Assembly: GCA_965644265.1 (NCBI GenBank) | Contig: OZ286473.1 | Span: 22,382,001 to 22,446,000, forward strand | Direction of reading: 5' to 3' | Source: Glycera tridactyla | Taxonomy: Eukaryota | DNA: 64,000 nucleotides | Shown: positions 46,300 to 61,000 of the stretch, one piece after another | Layout of the letters: each line of letters opens with the position of its first letter | Position numbering within the stretch: the first letter of the stretch is position 1 | Notes under the pieces: generated by a model | Seen by the model: the letters and a program-made list of their open reading frames with translations, nothing else | Databases searched by the model: none | Told to the model about the DNA's origin: nothing | Translations under genes and position numbers: made by a program

Positions 46300-47899
46300 C
46301 ACGGCAGGAAGTCGAGGCAGGAGTCCCACGAATATTTGCGGATCGACCGGATCAAGACCGAAGCACTCAGACAGGAAACGCGTGGGATTATTCTACAACA
46401 GTATAAAGCCTGGCTCCACCCGACCAGCCGGATTTGAAGAAGAATGCCTAAATGAAGCTAGTTTTGTACTAACACTCTGTCCTTGAGACACCCAGAAAGT
46501 CTATGCTATGTGACCACAGTGAATATCACAGTGAATGTGTGCAGAGATGCCAACTGCTACGGTTTTGGAGTAGCAACTACTCTTTTAAGGCCAGGATGTT
46601 TGCATTTAACGAGTTATGCTACTCTGTAAAATCAGGATTTTTCTTGTTATCCCAGTGGCATTTCACTGCTACTCTTTAAAATTGGCACTGCTGCTATGGG
46701 AGGTTGGCATTTATGTGTGTGATATGATGGCTCTTTGAGAAGGAGGAATTGCCCCTAACCACTCAAGGATTCAATGCTGTGAAGTTGCTGAAATGAATTG
46801 ATAACTGATGTTTGGCTAACTGACTCATGGGTGTTGAGAGGTTGATCTCCCATAACCATGGTACATCTGTTCGATATCTTGCATTTGTAAAGCAAGTAAT
46901 GGTGTGGGTCTCGAGGATAAAGACCAGCAAGGAGAGTGTAGATCAAAATGGGCACTAGTGTTCACATAGGCGTACTTGTATGACATCAAAAGTATTTCAC
47001 TGTACAGTCAAACCTGACACGAGCTGACCATATGCCTACTGTGATTCTCTTTGATAAGGTGAATCTAATTAATGCCTTTAGCTTCTCCACCTTATGTGAA
47101 AAGCATAGCAATTGAGAGCATGTCTTCTCATCTGTCGACCACAGGGTAGAGTGAATATGAGAAAAAAATCTATGAATAACGCTCATGACCTTTCATAATT
47201 TGATTTCATAAAGATCATAGTTATGAATGTTGAAAAAAAATTGGACCAGCTAAACCAGTTATCGGATGGAATATAACTGGACCGATGGACATATACGTAC
47301 AGATGTACAGACATCGGATGTGAAACTATAATACTTTTTCTGAGTATAACAGGCTTGGTGCTTGTGACAGGATACCTTTATTAGGATTCTCGATTTCCAA
47401 GCCTAAATTCAGCAAATATATTTTGCTGTTCAATTTTGCCTAGTATGGCTGATGGTCATGCTAGATAAATCCATTGAGCCCAGCAGAATTAATGATGTCC
47501 CGGTACCGGTACATGAACCCTGGCATTGTGTAAGCGGTCATCAAGACAGGTTTGACTGTACACCTGTATTCATACATACATGAGTGGCATTTCACTGATG
47601 ATAACTGTTGTGCTATTTTTCATTGTGATGACTATTTATATATACAGTAAGAATAATGTCACATGTACGTGTAATATATTGCCATTTATATAGAAGTATC
47701 AACAGGAGAAACACCAAGAAAGATTCAGACCAAATGGTAGGAAGAATTCTGTGTGTGGTATATACTGTGAATGGTTGAATGGCTGGTATACTGACCTTGA
47801 AGAATGCCGTGAAGGTGACAGGCATTAGGATGTGATACTCCAATCTTGTCATCAGAATAGCTGTCCGAGATGCAGATGCAGAGACTTCCACAGTTTTAC

Positions 47900-48870
47900 T
47901 TCTATCTGGAAGTTGAGGATGGTCGACCATGTAGTGAGCCGCTCACAGGAGTGAAACGATCTTTGCCACCTGTATCTGAAATTCCTTGATTATAGGAAGT
48001 TTTCTTTGAAGGAAAAACAGTATTTTACCATACAGTGTATTTGAAGTTGGCTGCAAGTCTTTAATCATAAGTTCACCGAAGTTTCAGTTAGAGGAATTTA
48101 TGGTTGCAATTTTTGGCGGGGACTTCATCCTCCACCATTTTGAAGTTGATTCACTGCTATATATTCCATTATCGGTGAGACCCAAGTACTGGAAGAGTCC
48201 CGTCGTTCTGGAGTCCAGCGAGAAGGGCCTTCAGCATTTTGGTCGGTGTTTTGTTGGTGTTTCTCCTTCTCATCCCTTGTTTGTGAGTAGGGATATTTTG
48301 TAGATTGACGAGAGATGATAGTCAATTTGTATCTAATCATGCTGCTTGAGAGAATTCACCTCCGTTAAAATGTTTGCGTCCACATTAGTGCAAATGTATG
48401 ATATTCCACCTGCTGCATGGAAATCTTAATTTGATGCCAGAAGAGTCTTTATTGAATCGTTTCAAGCTTGTAGATGTACATCAAGTATTTTCCGCTAGAT
48501 TTGTGGAAAGCTCACCAACGAACTGAACGTTCGCATGATCAAGCTCTTGATTTGTTTACCTGATGTGAATTACAGGAACTAACTGATACGTCATCTGCAT
48601 TTATTTGATGCTCAATCGTCCATTGCTTGTGCTTCATCAAAGTAACGTCAAGGGACAGCAATCCATTTCCTGTCAATGTCAGCAACAATTGAAGGCTACT
48701 GCATCCAACACTTTCTCTCTCATCATCCTTATGAGATTATCCCTTTGAAATGGTATCTGTATTTGAAAGCAGAACTCTTGATGGGAAGAGTCAAGTTTCT
48801 CTTGTTGCCGCTGAAGATAGTTGTGGCGCAGTCTTTCAATTGTGAAATGAGAAGACATCTCAGTTGAAAT
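47900..48870 (-). mobile_element. Possible highly decayed LINE RT remnant
   Basis: Minus-strand VSPIMEY resembles the VRPILEY motif of CR1/L2 RT C-termini; many stops. Confidence 0.35.
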
Positions 48871-51800
48871 CCAGAATCGATGATTGATTGATTGATTGAG
48901 ACAGGGCACCAGGTATGTATGTTCGTAGAAACCTTTAAAGTATGGATCACCCTCAGGATATGGGCATGTCTTATCATGTACATGTATTACATTTGTATTC
49001 AAAAAGGTTTGATGGAACTGTTGGAAAAGATTGTTTCTTCGGGTGGTCTCATTCCGGGGTGGTCTCTTACTACAGGTTTTATCGTACTTATATACAGGAT
49101 GCTGGTGGTCTGATACAGTAAAACCGCTAGTGGATGGCATTTGGGTGGTCTCACAAGAGAGGTTTTACTGTATACATGTACTGCATCTCATTGCAGTCTG
49201 CTTGATGCAGTCTTTCTGTTGTATGTAAATTGAAAACCCTGGCGACCCCACCTTAGTAGATATCTTAGACAAGAGCTGGACTCAACCTAGCATATATGTT
49301 ACATTTCTTAATTCCTTGACCAATTGCTGTAGTCACTAGTGGTGGGAATCTGCGGCATAGGGTTTCATCCAGAGAGGGCATATTTGAATCTTGCACATGT
49401 CATTGAATGTGTGTCAGTTAAATCAGCAAGATGGTTTGTACTCAGTAATTGAGTGAACCCATTTTGAAAGATTTTGTGGAGAAATGTTCCTTTCTCTCAA
49501 ACTTTAAGAGAATATACGCCCAAGAACACACATGATACATAATCAGGGTTGCATCCAGAGAGAGGAAGCATTGGGGCATTCCACACTTTATCAAGTGTGG
49601 GCCCCTTCTCAAGGGAATTAGGGGCCACAAGAGTCTTGCACTTATTCCATACTGAGTGCACCCATTTTGAGATATTTCTTAAGAAATGCCCTCTTTTCTC
49701 AAATTCTAGGGGGCAATTGCTCCCCAATTAATTAAATCCTGGATGCAACCCTGATCATGATCCTCTGGTTTGAGACATGCTGTTCAACCTCAGCCATACC
49801 AGAGACTCCCGATTCTAGAAACACTGGTTGCAACCCCAGGTAGCATTTTTCCAGGTGATGATAGTTTTGGCTATTTCGGCCTACCTGCTACAATTCATCG
49901 AGAGCCCACCACTAGCTGTCACCTCATGTATCGTTCACTGTTATTTGCCATTGTTACTAAATGAATTACCATGTGATTTTGTTACCCACGCAGTGAAACT
50001 AATCGTCAGAATTTTGAACAAGAAAAAGTCAAGCATCACTGGGGAAAAAGGAGGACCTTGCTAATGATTATTCTAATTGTTGCTCTATAATATTGTTGTC
50101 CTTGTTATTTTTCACTTGGAATTCATACTCAACTTGCAGGGTCGCATCCAGAGGGGGGCATGGGGGCATTTAACACATTTTTCCAGTGTGGGCCCCTTTT
50201 TCGACAGAATCAGGGGCCACAATGCCCCCTAAAACAACAAATGGGTTGCACTATTCCGTGTTGAGTGAACCCATTTTGGGAAATTGTGTGTAGAAATGCC
50301 CCCATTTCTCAAATTTATGGGGCCCAATGCCCCCATTTTAGAAAATCCTGGATGCAACCCTGCTCAACTGATTTATGTGCACCGGCAGTTATTGGCATTT
50401 GTATGTGAGTCTCCATGCATAGATATGTGCAAACGTCACCCACAAGAACACAGACACACGCATGCACACAAACACACGCACACACGCACACACATCGCCT
50501 GAATATCATCCTCAGTTAATTGCACAATCTATATTACTCCTCATTCTGAATTCACTCTTATCAGGCTGTCTTGAAATAGATGTTTTTAAAACTAAAATTC
50601 AAATTTGGGGTTCGTTATTGTATATTTCTCATGTAAATCATGTAACGGTCAAATGATTTCAGAACTGATTCCTCTGAACTATGATGATTTGGATCACCAA
50701 TCATAGGCGATTGCTTTGAGATATTGAAAATGAATTGGGCTTCAAAATCATGCTAAGCGTAAACCTCAACTGACCCTCCAATGCCCTATCTCTATCTGCA
50801 GTGTGCCATGGGATATTGTGGATATGCCATGGGTTCATATCTCTTAGATTTGATCATTTGTGTTGCATGATGTTGAAGTTGTGTTTAATAGCATCATTGT
50901 ACATGTGTATTTTTGTGAAAGGCCATCTTGCACAGTTATAAAAGTTGACCTTCATTTGTATACAGTCGAACCTCCTCTAAAGACCACCTCTCTATAAAGA
51001 CCACCTCCCTATAAAGACCACCCTGAGCTGCGACCGTGGTTAGTATTTTCAATAGTAAATGACCTCTCTATAAAGACCACCTCCCTATAAAGACCCCTTT
51101 TTGGTGCGACTGAAGGCGGTCTTTATAGAGAGGTTCGACTATTTTGTGCAGTGTGCGTCTTCACAAGTGTTGCACAGTTACCCTTGTAAATAGAGTGAGA
51201 GTAGTGTTTTGCAAACATCTTCAAAATCATTCAATCGTTCCTTATTTGAACATAATAGTGAACTTTACACAGCATCTGTGGGATACATGATCCTCCGGTT
51301 TGATACATGCCATTAAATCTCAACCGAATCAGGAATTCAAATGATCAGCATTTCAAAATTCAAGAATACGGGATGTGCTGTCACGATGTGATGATAGCTG
51401 TTAAAGCACCCTATTTCTGAAATGAAATGTGTCAGGGCTACAGTCAACCTTGTCTTGAGCATGAAGCTGAAGGAAGGCAGAAGCAGTGTGCCTAGGACAG
51501 ATCAATTATAGTGATAATTGTTCTGGTGGGACTAACAGCGACCTGTTGCTTAGGGCAAGTTCCTGCTCAGTAAAAGTCTTGCTTAGAACAAGTTTGACTG
51601 TATTAGCTCCTTCCACTTGAAAAGCTGTCTGGTTCTCTGTCATCCTGTGTTCAGGGTGTGTGAGAGTTATGCATGCAGGGGACAGAGTATGTAGCTTTCA
51701 TAGAGACCAGAAGGCATGTAACACCCTCTTGGTTGTTGTATACTAAACTAATCAATTAAATAAGATTGAATGCTTCTTTAACTTGTATGAGTAGAAAAAC

Positions 51801-52519
51801 ATTCTACCTATCGTCCATCTGGATGAGGATGAAAAGAAAATGCTAGCTGTGCAGGTACATATTCGTCCACAAATCCATGTCTATTATATTCAGCCAAAAC
51901 CACATTATGTGCTCCTGTATGTTAATACCAAGATGATGTAATCACAGTCCCCAATAAATATGGTTCAGCAAACACAGCTGTGTATCAGTGGGTAATAAAA
52001 ATTGTGAAAATAACAAATATTGTCTTGTTGTTATTTTTAGGTTAGCTTTGTGCAAACAGGAAAGCATCTGCAGCTATATATACTAAGTCTAAGACCTACT
52101 AATGTATGTTATCTGGTTGGTCAACAATATTCTCAGTAGCTGATGGCTTAACTACTAGTTTTCAAACACCTATCAGCGATCCTATGGTTCCGCAAAACCA
52201 TGCACATGGCAGCAAAGAGCAATCTCTGCTGATTATTTTGGACATTAGATCATGAAAATCGGATCAGTATTAGTAGAGGTAGAGCACAATGTTCTTATGG
52301 AGTTCTAGTAGCCTTCAGTCACCAGTTGTTTGGGTTTGTTGATCGACAAAATGTTGGTAGAAGTGCTCCCGGTAAGGTTGTCCAGTGTTTTTGGTTGTGA
52401 GTCAGTCATAACCCTGACCTATCGAGATCAGGGGAGCAAAGTTCATAATCCTCATAGATTGGCTATCATCATCACAGGCCTGGCAGGTAAATTTTGAGGA
52501 TTGTATACCTTTGCATATC

Positions 52520-52880
52520 TTGGAAGGATATCCAATAATCAAAGATCATCGGAACACAGTCCAACTGCTGGATTCCATGTCGTATTGGAATTCCTGGAAA
52601 TGAGTCCGCTGATGATGCAGTCCAAACTGCTTTAGATCTACCAATCACTAAGATGGAAATCCATTATTCAGACTTCACACCGAGGATAAAGGATAAATAT
52701 GGGCAATGAAACAGCGAAGATAAACTGTATTCAATTAGGCCAGAATTGGAAGAGAAATTCCCAATAAAAGCAATAGATAGAGATAGTTCTTCCCCAGTTT
52801 TTTTCTGAGAATAGGACACGTATCTCACCCACGCATACCTGGGAAAAGAGGCAATTCTAATTGCCCATCATCTTTCCATT
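52520..52880 (+). mobile_element. Fragment of an RNase H-encoding LINE (I/Nimb/Loa-like)
   Basis: WIPCRIGIPGNESADDAVQTALDLPITKMEIHYSDF read from 52569; matches the RNase H WIPxHxGIxGNExAD motif; stops nearby. Confidence 0.75.
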
Positions 52881-53247
52881 GTTATTGAAATAAAAATGAC
52901 ACCTTGAGTGTCCGTGAATTTCACCTTCCGTTAGGGACCTGGGAGGACTCATGAACGATCCCAATCATGCCCATTGCATTGGCTGTATCAATATAGCCCA
53001 TGCAAACCAGAACCAACCCAACTGATGGGTCGGTGCACATCGTCATCCTCCGAAACCAGTAATCAATAAATTCCACAATGATCTGTTGTATTGAATTGTA
53101 TTGTAAACTTTATTTCAAAAACGAAAAATACAATTAGCTGCAAAACGCAGCCCTCTCCAGTATATCGTTATAAAAGTAAAGTGTGTTAGAGGTAATAACA
53201 TAATGGTTAGTACAGATGTCGAAACTTACATGTTTTCAATAATACTA

Positions 53248-53310
<63 letters not shown>

Positions 53311-53559
53311 ATAATTAAGATTTCGAAGATAGAACATCAAAATGACAATACCAAGTTGGATTGAAGTGTGCGGAAATATAAGAGTGTTATTCCAGAAATA
53401 TATGAACTATAAAAGTGTGGATATGAAGGTAAATTTTGATAAAGTACTTATTTCGATTAATTTGGATTCAAATGCAATAACAATTTCAATTTCGATTTGA
53501 AGGTATCAATAGGCATGATGTCAAAGTCGTCATGTCTTACACTATATATGAATTCCACA

Positions 53560-53911
53560 TATGTCAATCAGCGGCCCTGCACGGGAAATTTCCTCCTTTG
53601 AGCTTCAACCTAGTTCTTGGTTTATCCAGTTTAGTACCTGCTTAACAGATCGATGCCTTTCACGAGATTCGTGGCAGATGTGTGCCGTAGTGGACCTTCA
53701 TCTGAACAAACATGTAGAAAAATGTTTCACAGCCTTCCTTGTTTGTTCTTTGTGTAATACCCAGTCAGTGATGCATTTCACCAAAATAATGATGCACCGA
53801 AGAAAGACACCGGCTGCACCAACACCACATAGCTACAGACTGCCATGGTCAATAGGGATGTTTGGAGAAGGATCATTAAAGGCATCCGAGCTGCAGACCC
53901 TGCCTCGACCA

Positions 53912-53987
<76 letters not shown>

Positions 53988-54400
53988 CAATATTTGAGTC
54001 CCCACAAGTCAGTAGATATGGAATAAGTAGGTTGGCAAAAGTAGAGTCGGCTAGATCAGATAAGACATCTCTAATTTTGGCCGTCAAACACAATTTTCCA
54101 GACAAACTTGAGCTTCCATGTCAACTCGACCGGGATAGACTGGTTTAATTGAGTTTAGATACATGGTCTTTTATTCTGGTCAGATTCTTCTAATCAATGT
54201 TAAATTTCTCTGCTATCTCCAGTATTGCATGGGGTTTCAATATAGCCCAGGATCAACGCATGATCTGAAACTCCGTGGTCCGATACACAACTTTCTATTT
54301 CCATGTTAGATACATCGAGGATCAAATGACCCTGAAATGTCGAGAAAGTGATGCTTTTCGTTCTTTTACCGACTGTGCTGATCTTTGCGATTTTATGATG
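53560..54400 (-). mobile_element. Decayed LINE ORF2 fragment (endonuclease C-terminus and linker) interrupted by (GAT)n
   Basis: Minus-strand SDHGVSDHALI (APE SDH motif) followed by degenerate linker-like sequence. Confidence 0.5.
53912..53986. repeat. (GAT)25 microsatellite; other microsatellites: (AC)n 1-32 and 24182-24243, (TA)n about 53253-53307
   Basis: Direct reading of the sequence. Confidence 0.95.
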
Positions 54401-54469
54401 CCAAAAATATAGCTCAATGCATGGGTGAGCGGTCTTGTGAATGTGAAAGTGAAAACTTTGACTCGGGTT

Positions 54470-55061
54470 TGTGTACCGCCACGTGCTCGCGATTTGCTCG
54501 CCATCTAGTGTCATCAGTTACAATTCGTTTTCTACCATCTAGTGGATTCAATCTGAACTACACCAAATAAACATTTTGTTGAGGTGGTCCACGACAACAA
54601 CCAGAATTTGGGATTCTACGTCGTACAAGGTATGCCATCGCATCTCCCTCGGTAGAGAAACAAATTAGACGATGAGCTAACAATTCATGTATGCGGAATT
54701 CAGCTTGGATCGATGGGAAATCGTGCAGGCACTCAGGTTCTTGATTATCGCCCATATTTGACAGGTCACTTTCTGGTCAGTACTACCTGTCTCACTCACT
54801 CACTCACTCACTCTATTCTCACTCTATACTCACTCTACACCCACTCACTCTTTGTTGTGGTTGTTGTACTGTTCACTCAATCCATTCTCAATCAATCAAT
54901 CACAAATTTGAGGATGTTGATACTTTTCCTGTTGGTAGCACTGATATCCAATGACTCTGTTTTTGTTTGTTGTAGGATGGCATCGCTGAAGAATGCAAGA
55001 TAGTTGTAATTTCCTCATTCATCATAGAACGTGAGGCAGCTGTGTTTTCGGCTGCTGCCCG
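54470..55061 (+). promoter_or_regulatory. Probable KICS2 promoter, non-coding first exon (ending 54629), intron 54630-54975 and 5'UTR with a uORF
   Basis: CACGTG E-box at 54480-54485 in a CpG-rich patch; AAG|GTATGC donor; ttttgtttgttgtag acceptor at 54975; ATG 54977 to TAG 55003. Confidence 0.5.
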
Positions 55062-58000
55062 ATGATGGCCTCCATTACGCAGGAGGAGACGTTTCTTGAG
55101 ACATACTTCACGTGTATCAGCCAGTTCTCTTACGATAAAGCTAAGGACCTATGTGTATGTAGTTCATTCATCAACCAAAGCTTGGAAAAAAAAATGGTGT
55201 TGCAGATTGATAATAAGTTGTGGGGGAATACTTATACATGTACGGTTGACACTGCCTATAGAGGACATCTTAGATTGCATCAATAATTGGCTTTTATAGG
55301 CAGGTGGCCTTTATCGGCAGCTCAGGGTGGCTTTCTGGGTAGGTGACCATTATAGAGAGGTTGTCTCATGAGCAGGTTCAACTGTTTTCTATTCCCCCCC
55401 CCCCCCCCCTGGGAAATGTTTGTTCCTGCAGAAAAGTCTTAACATTCACCAGTGATCGCGCTAGGAATTTGTGAAATGGGGTCCTGGGACCCAATCATAT
55501 TGCAAAAATGGGGTCCCCACTGACATTTTGCGGTCCCATTTTCACCTCACCTCAGCAAAGTTTGAAGGGGCATTGTGGTTGCACCGGCATCAGCATAGTC
55601 ATCGGCATTGCTGCCTTGAGGTCATGTTTAAGTCCCTTTGCTCAGCAACTAGCCCCAAGAAACTTGGCATGTTTATTTTTCAATAGATTCACTAATGCGT
55701 GCAAAGCATGATGGAACTTTGCCATCAGGGTGGTATTTCTAATGATCCAATTGATTCTTGTCCAGATTGGGGTTTCACCTCCATAGATATCTTTATGCCC
55801 AGAATTTGTATCTGCCCACAAGGGACAATCTTGGTATATACACTCAAATGCCTGTCTATAAGACTAGAAAACATTTCACTTCAATCTGCGGACCTCTAGC
55901 GAGGCAGCAATAGTGAAATTCAGGATCACAGCTGTTGGTGAAATGATCCAGCAGTGACATATGTAAGGTATTTGAAACATGACCTCTCTGAGAGCAAAGG
56001 TCGGAGGGGAGTTGCTAGCCCCCTGCCTTGGAGGGGGATGGGGTGTTACATGGGAGGGGATGGGTTGTTACATGGGAAATGCAACCTGTTTCCTCAGTGG
56101 CATGATAATTGCATCCCTAGGACGCAAGCAGGATGTTATTTTTGCGTCCTTGCCAATATAATTGCGTAGGGACGCAGGTTTTTTGCGTTAACGCGATCAC
56201 TGATTCACTATTACTTCGTATTGGAACCTTCAATGAGAAACCCCAGTTGGAAGATGACCTCTGATGGTCCAGAGAAAGGACGAGTTTTCCGTTCGGCAGA
56301 GTCAAATGTACTTGGATGAGGGACCACCTCTTCTCAGAGACCACTTCTTGGTGACATTTAAGGCTCTTATTGCAGGTTCACTTTATACCACTGTCAGACA
56401 GTTTGACCTCAGGATGGACATCTGATTCTACTGAAACTTTTCCAGTAATGAAGTGATTGAAAACATAAATATTATATCCAGATATCTTGGAGAATAGGTC
56501 ACAGCATATCACAGCGTATTGTATTTTATTACTCTGTACCTATATTCAGAATGAAACAGTCACTTTTATCAATATTTTTACCGGCCCTCCTCCCTAAAAT
56601 CATAGGCAGAATCATGGTCCAGTACCTGCCTTTATGGCAGGCACTCTTATCAATTCAGCTTCTTACACAATCACCCAGTGATATCAAAGGCCAGCCATGT
56701 CTATGGGAGTCTGTTCCTTTATGCATGTAAAAGAACCTGCACTGGCCTTCGCAAAGAGTAGGGGTTGCCCACTGGAGAGGTGCCTCTTTTCTCCAATATT
56801 TTCAGTTTTTTGATCCGATATAATCTGAGAAGGTTGAAAGGACGTTGAACTCAAATAAATGAACAAACTTCTTAAACAATTATGCTGTAGATGAATGAAC
56901 TATTTGAAGTGTTTGGGAAAAACTTGACCTTTTCTTTTGAATTCCAATATTTTCCTGTTGAAGGACAGGGAGCGGGAGTCACACAAGACTGCCCCACCGA
57001 CAGCAACATGGTCATCGATGGTATCAGTACTCGGCCACCTGGTGACAGCGGAGAAGACTTACTCCTCGCTGCTCTTCCTCGGACAGAAATGGTTTGGCCG
57101 AAAAGATGTAGGTTCATTCATTATTATTTCAGTTACCATCATGTGGTTTCATAATGTACTCACATCTTATTGAATTTGGATGATATTGTTTGACATGTTG
57201 TTTCTTACAATACCTTTTCTCATGAGTCAGAAACCATACCATTTAGATTCATGCATGAAATCCTGTCAGTTGAGAAATTTAGTGTTGTTTGTTTGTTTGA
57301 CTGTTTTGACTGATCTCAGTCCAGTCTCACTGTCATAGCCTAAGGGTTCTTATCTTCCCAGTGCTGCCGGTCTAATCTTGGCGAGGCGCAACCCTCTACC
57401 TGTGATCGAATTTTGAACAGCTTGCATGTGTGTGTATACTGAGAAGGTTTATCGGTGTAGCTGGTGTTTGTAGTCACTTATTATAGCGCCACTGCTAACA
57501 TAGTTGAACACTGAAATTCTTTCCCACTGTCACTTCATTGGAACTACATGTACATGTGCATGTATGTGATGTGCCGGCTGTACGACTGTCTGTGCAGAGA
57601 CATTACTTTTATGGTGCAAAATGACGATTGATGTTAATATTACAATGATGCAAATAACCTTCCAGATGAATGATTGTGTTTGAGTATTTATTCCTGTTAA
57701 TAGATAACTGATGGTACTGTATATGTGATGACTATGCTATACCTGAGTAATATTTTCAATGTTTTTTTAAGGCAGAATTGAAATGAATACTCAAGTGCCA
57801 ATGGTGATCATTCAACTCTATTGAGGTTGGGGAAGCATTGAATGTTTGGTTGGGAGTCTCATACAGTAGAGCAATAGAGGAGGCAGATAGTAAGGAGAGA
57901 GAGAGATACGGAAGGGAAGGAGAGAGAAGTAGGGGAAGGAGTGAGAGATAGAGAGAGACGGGAGAGAGAGAGGGAAATGGGAGAGAGAAAGAGAGGGTGG

Positions 58001-61000
58001 GAGGGAGAGAGAGCATTATTTCATGAGATAAAGCATGACCTATTGAATGTTAACAGAACCTGAGGACTTCATACAGCCAGATGTTGACTGAGTTAAAAAA
58101 GATCGAAGAAACGACAACTGGGAGACTTCCGATGGCATCGTCGCGGTCCGAACAGCTGGACGAAGTGTTTGAAGGATTGATGGGACATCTGAGTGGACAA
58201 ATCATTCAGTTCCTGACAGCAAGAGCCAAAGCAATGGACTTGTATCCTCTTATCTATTCACCTAAAAGCTAAAGTACCGGTAAAGCCAGTGAAAAGAGAT
58301 CAGGCTGAATGTAGGTTTAGCATTAGTCCTCGAAAATTGAAAAAGCTCTTGAATTTTTTAACTGCACTTTCTGTCCTGGAAAATTCATTGAATCCCTGGA
58401 GAATATCAGAAATGTCAGATTTATCCTGAAAAAATCAATGGATACCAGATGGAAATAAATTAATTATTGTTGAGTCCCTTGGGTATCTCTTGGATAAATA
58501 TTGAAATCAAAAGCCAATGAACCTGTCCTTAAGATCAGCCTTGGAAAATAATTTCTTTGAGCCCTGGAAAATCCCTGGAATTTGTTTCCCCATCATGGGT
58601 GGAACCTGGGAAAATGATAAGCAAAGGTAGTCTCATTATGGAGAAGGTCTTCTCATTGGGATATTTGAAATATTTGACTATGTCAAAAAGTTTTGAAAGT
58701 CTTGATAAGTAGTCTTTTCAAAGAGGTATTCTCATCACCTAATGAGTTATCTTGTGACAAAATATGGGCTCTTGGATTGAGCAATAAAGTAATCTATATG
58801 ACCTTGACCTTGACTTTTACAAGCTATGAGCAGATGGCAGTGATGGGAACAAATCGTAACATGAACTACAACGACCTGCTGCAAGTGATCGTGGATATAA
58901 CACATTCAAATAATAAGAACTTCCATCATCCAATCCTTAGCCCACTCAAGCACAGTTTCAGGTGAGTTACTGGCTTCCATCTCATGTTTTTGTGTTACCA
59001 ATACTTGAAAGTACAAAACCTCCCAGGCAGATAATATACAGTCAGGGTTCCCTCTTTTGATCAGCATTTTAGCTATAGCTAATCAGTCAAATGAAATGCC
59101 AAATAAAATATCAATTTGCTAAAATGATTTGCTGTGGTAATTTTCATCTCTGATGGCAGAAAAGTGGTGGTAGTGGTGGTTCATTGTAGATGAACGTTGT
59201 TCTATTTTCATTTGTGCTGGTGAAGAAAATGCGATTGAGATTGATTTTGGAAGCGATTCATTGAAATGTTTTCTGATTTCTACAAAGTGCTTTCTAAATT
59301 GCAAAAATTATTTTTATCCGTTAAAACCCAGACAGTTGAACCTCTGTACAAAGGATGCCTGCCCTCAGAGGCAGAGATATTCTTTTTTGGCACGCATGCG
59401 GAGCAAAATGCATGTCTATGTAATGGCGCAGGTTCTGTCTGTCCGGCCGTGCGGCTGTGCGGCCGTTTGGCCGTGTGGCGTAAACTTCCTGGTTAAAGTT
59501 TTTGGTAAAAGTTTTTCTTCGAGCCACTACTCTGTAACTAATCAAGCAATATTTCTGAAATTTTGCAATCATAAAGATCATGGGCGGCAGAATTCTGGGT
59601 ATCAATATTGTTCCAATAACTTTCATGGAAGATGAGTTATTCAGGCTGGAATCCTGAATTTTAAAGCAACTTTCTACCAGCAGAATAGGAAAGAGTGGAG
59701 TATGTGATGTCTATTACCGAGGCTGTTATGTAATGACACTGCCGGTCCTCTGAATGGAGCCTTGTCACATTTCGTTCTCCGTTATATAACTGTCTTTGCA
59801 CCAAGCAGAGCTGTCTGATCTCTTAATTAAATTGTGGAGTGCAGGGCAGGAGGCAGGGGCAGCAGTGAGTGGCCATGGGATGGTGGGGATGGGGGGCAAT
59901 TGCAGCGGGATTGATTGCACCTGGGTTGGGGGGGGGGGTGCTAGGACAGTGAGAGGAGCAATGGCAGGGGCGGAAAGAGCCCATCAAATGCCTGTGACCT
60001 TAACCTTCATTTTGAAGGTCATGACCTTGACTTTGAAAACTTCAAGCTACATCCAACAAATTTTTGCCAGACATGCACCAATGAATGGGGGACAATCCCA
60101 TCGAATGTGATTGACCTCGACGTTCACCTCAAAGTCATGACCTTGACATTCAAAATATTTTGTTGCTCCAATAACATGAGAAGGCTTGGAGCTACATTCA
60201 CCAGATTTACACCATATATGCACCACTGAGAGCAAAAGAAGCCTATCAAATGTCAGTGACCTTGACCCTCATCTTTCAGGTCATGACCTTGACTTTGAAA
60301 ACTTTAAGCTACATCCAGTAAATTTCTACCAGATATGTACCAATGAATGGGGATAATCCCATCAAATGTGGTTGACCTCATCCTTCACCTTCGAGGTCAT
60401 GACCTTGACATTAAAGATACTTTGTTACTCCAATAACATGAGAACGCTTGGAGCTACATTGACCAGATTTACACCATATATGCACCATTGAAAGCAAAAG
60501 AAGCCCATCAAATGGCAAGTGACCTTAATCTCCATCTCCCAGGTCATGACCTTGTTACTGCAATAACTTGAGAATGCTTGGAGCAAAAGATTATGCTTGC
60601 TAGATTCAGCTGCTTGGATGAATTAGCGGCGCACATGCGTGCCATTTGTGCATTTATGCCTTGTTATCATGTGTCATGCAGTGACCGTAATTGCGGCGTT
60701 TATTTCAATTATTTGAATAGATTTAAGCAGTCTGAATTGTTTGTGATGCCATCTCAGTATTGATTTGTCTTTATGTCACAGTTTGGAGTGTGAAGTAATC
60801 CAGCATTTGCTGCACGCCCAGCTTCACATGCAGTATTACCAGTTCCTGGAAACCATCCTTCATCTCAACGATGCGCACGGCAAACTCGCCGTCTGGCAAG
60901 CGCTACTTCCTGCTAAAGAGGTAATCATGTCAATGCTATCACATCCGAAATCAGCCACGCCATTTTGACTGATGCAGGACTCTACATTAACTTTTGTCAT

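Noticed and set aside
53561-54148. ORFs with poly-Asp, poly-His or poly-Ser
   Set aside because: Translations of a (GAT)25 microsatellite within a decayed LINE fragment
57880-58015. Purine-rich GA tract and the many poly-G/poly-C runs elsewhere
   Set aside because: Ordinary low-complexity sequence, mostly within repeat families; no specific function can be supported
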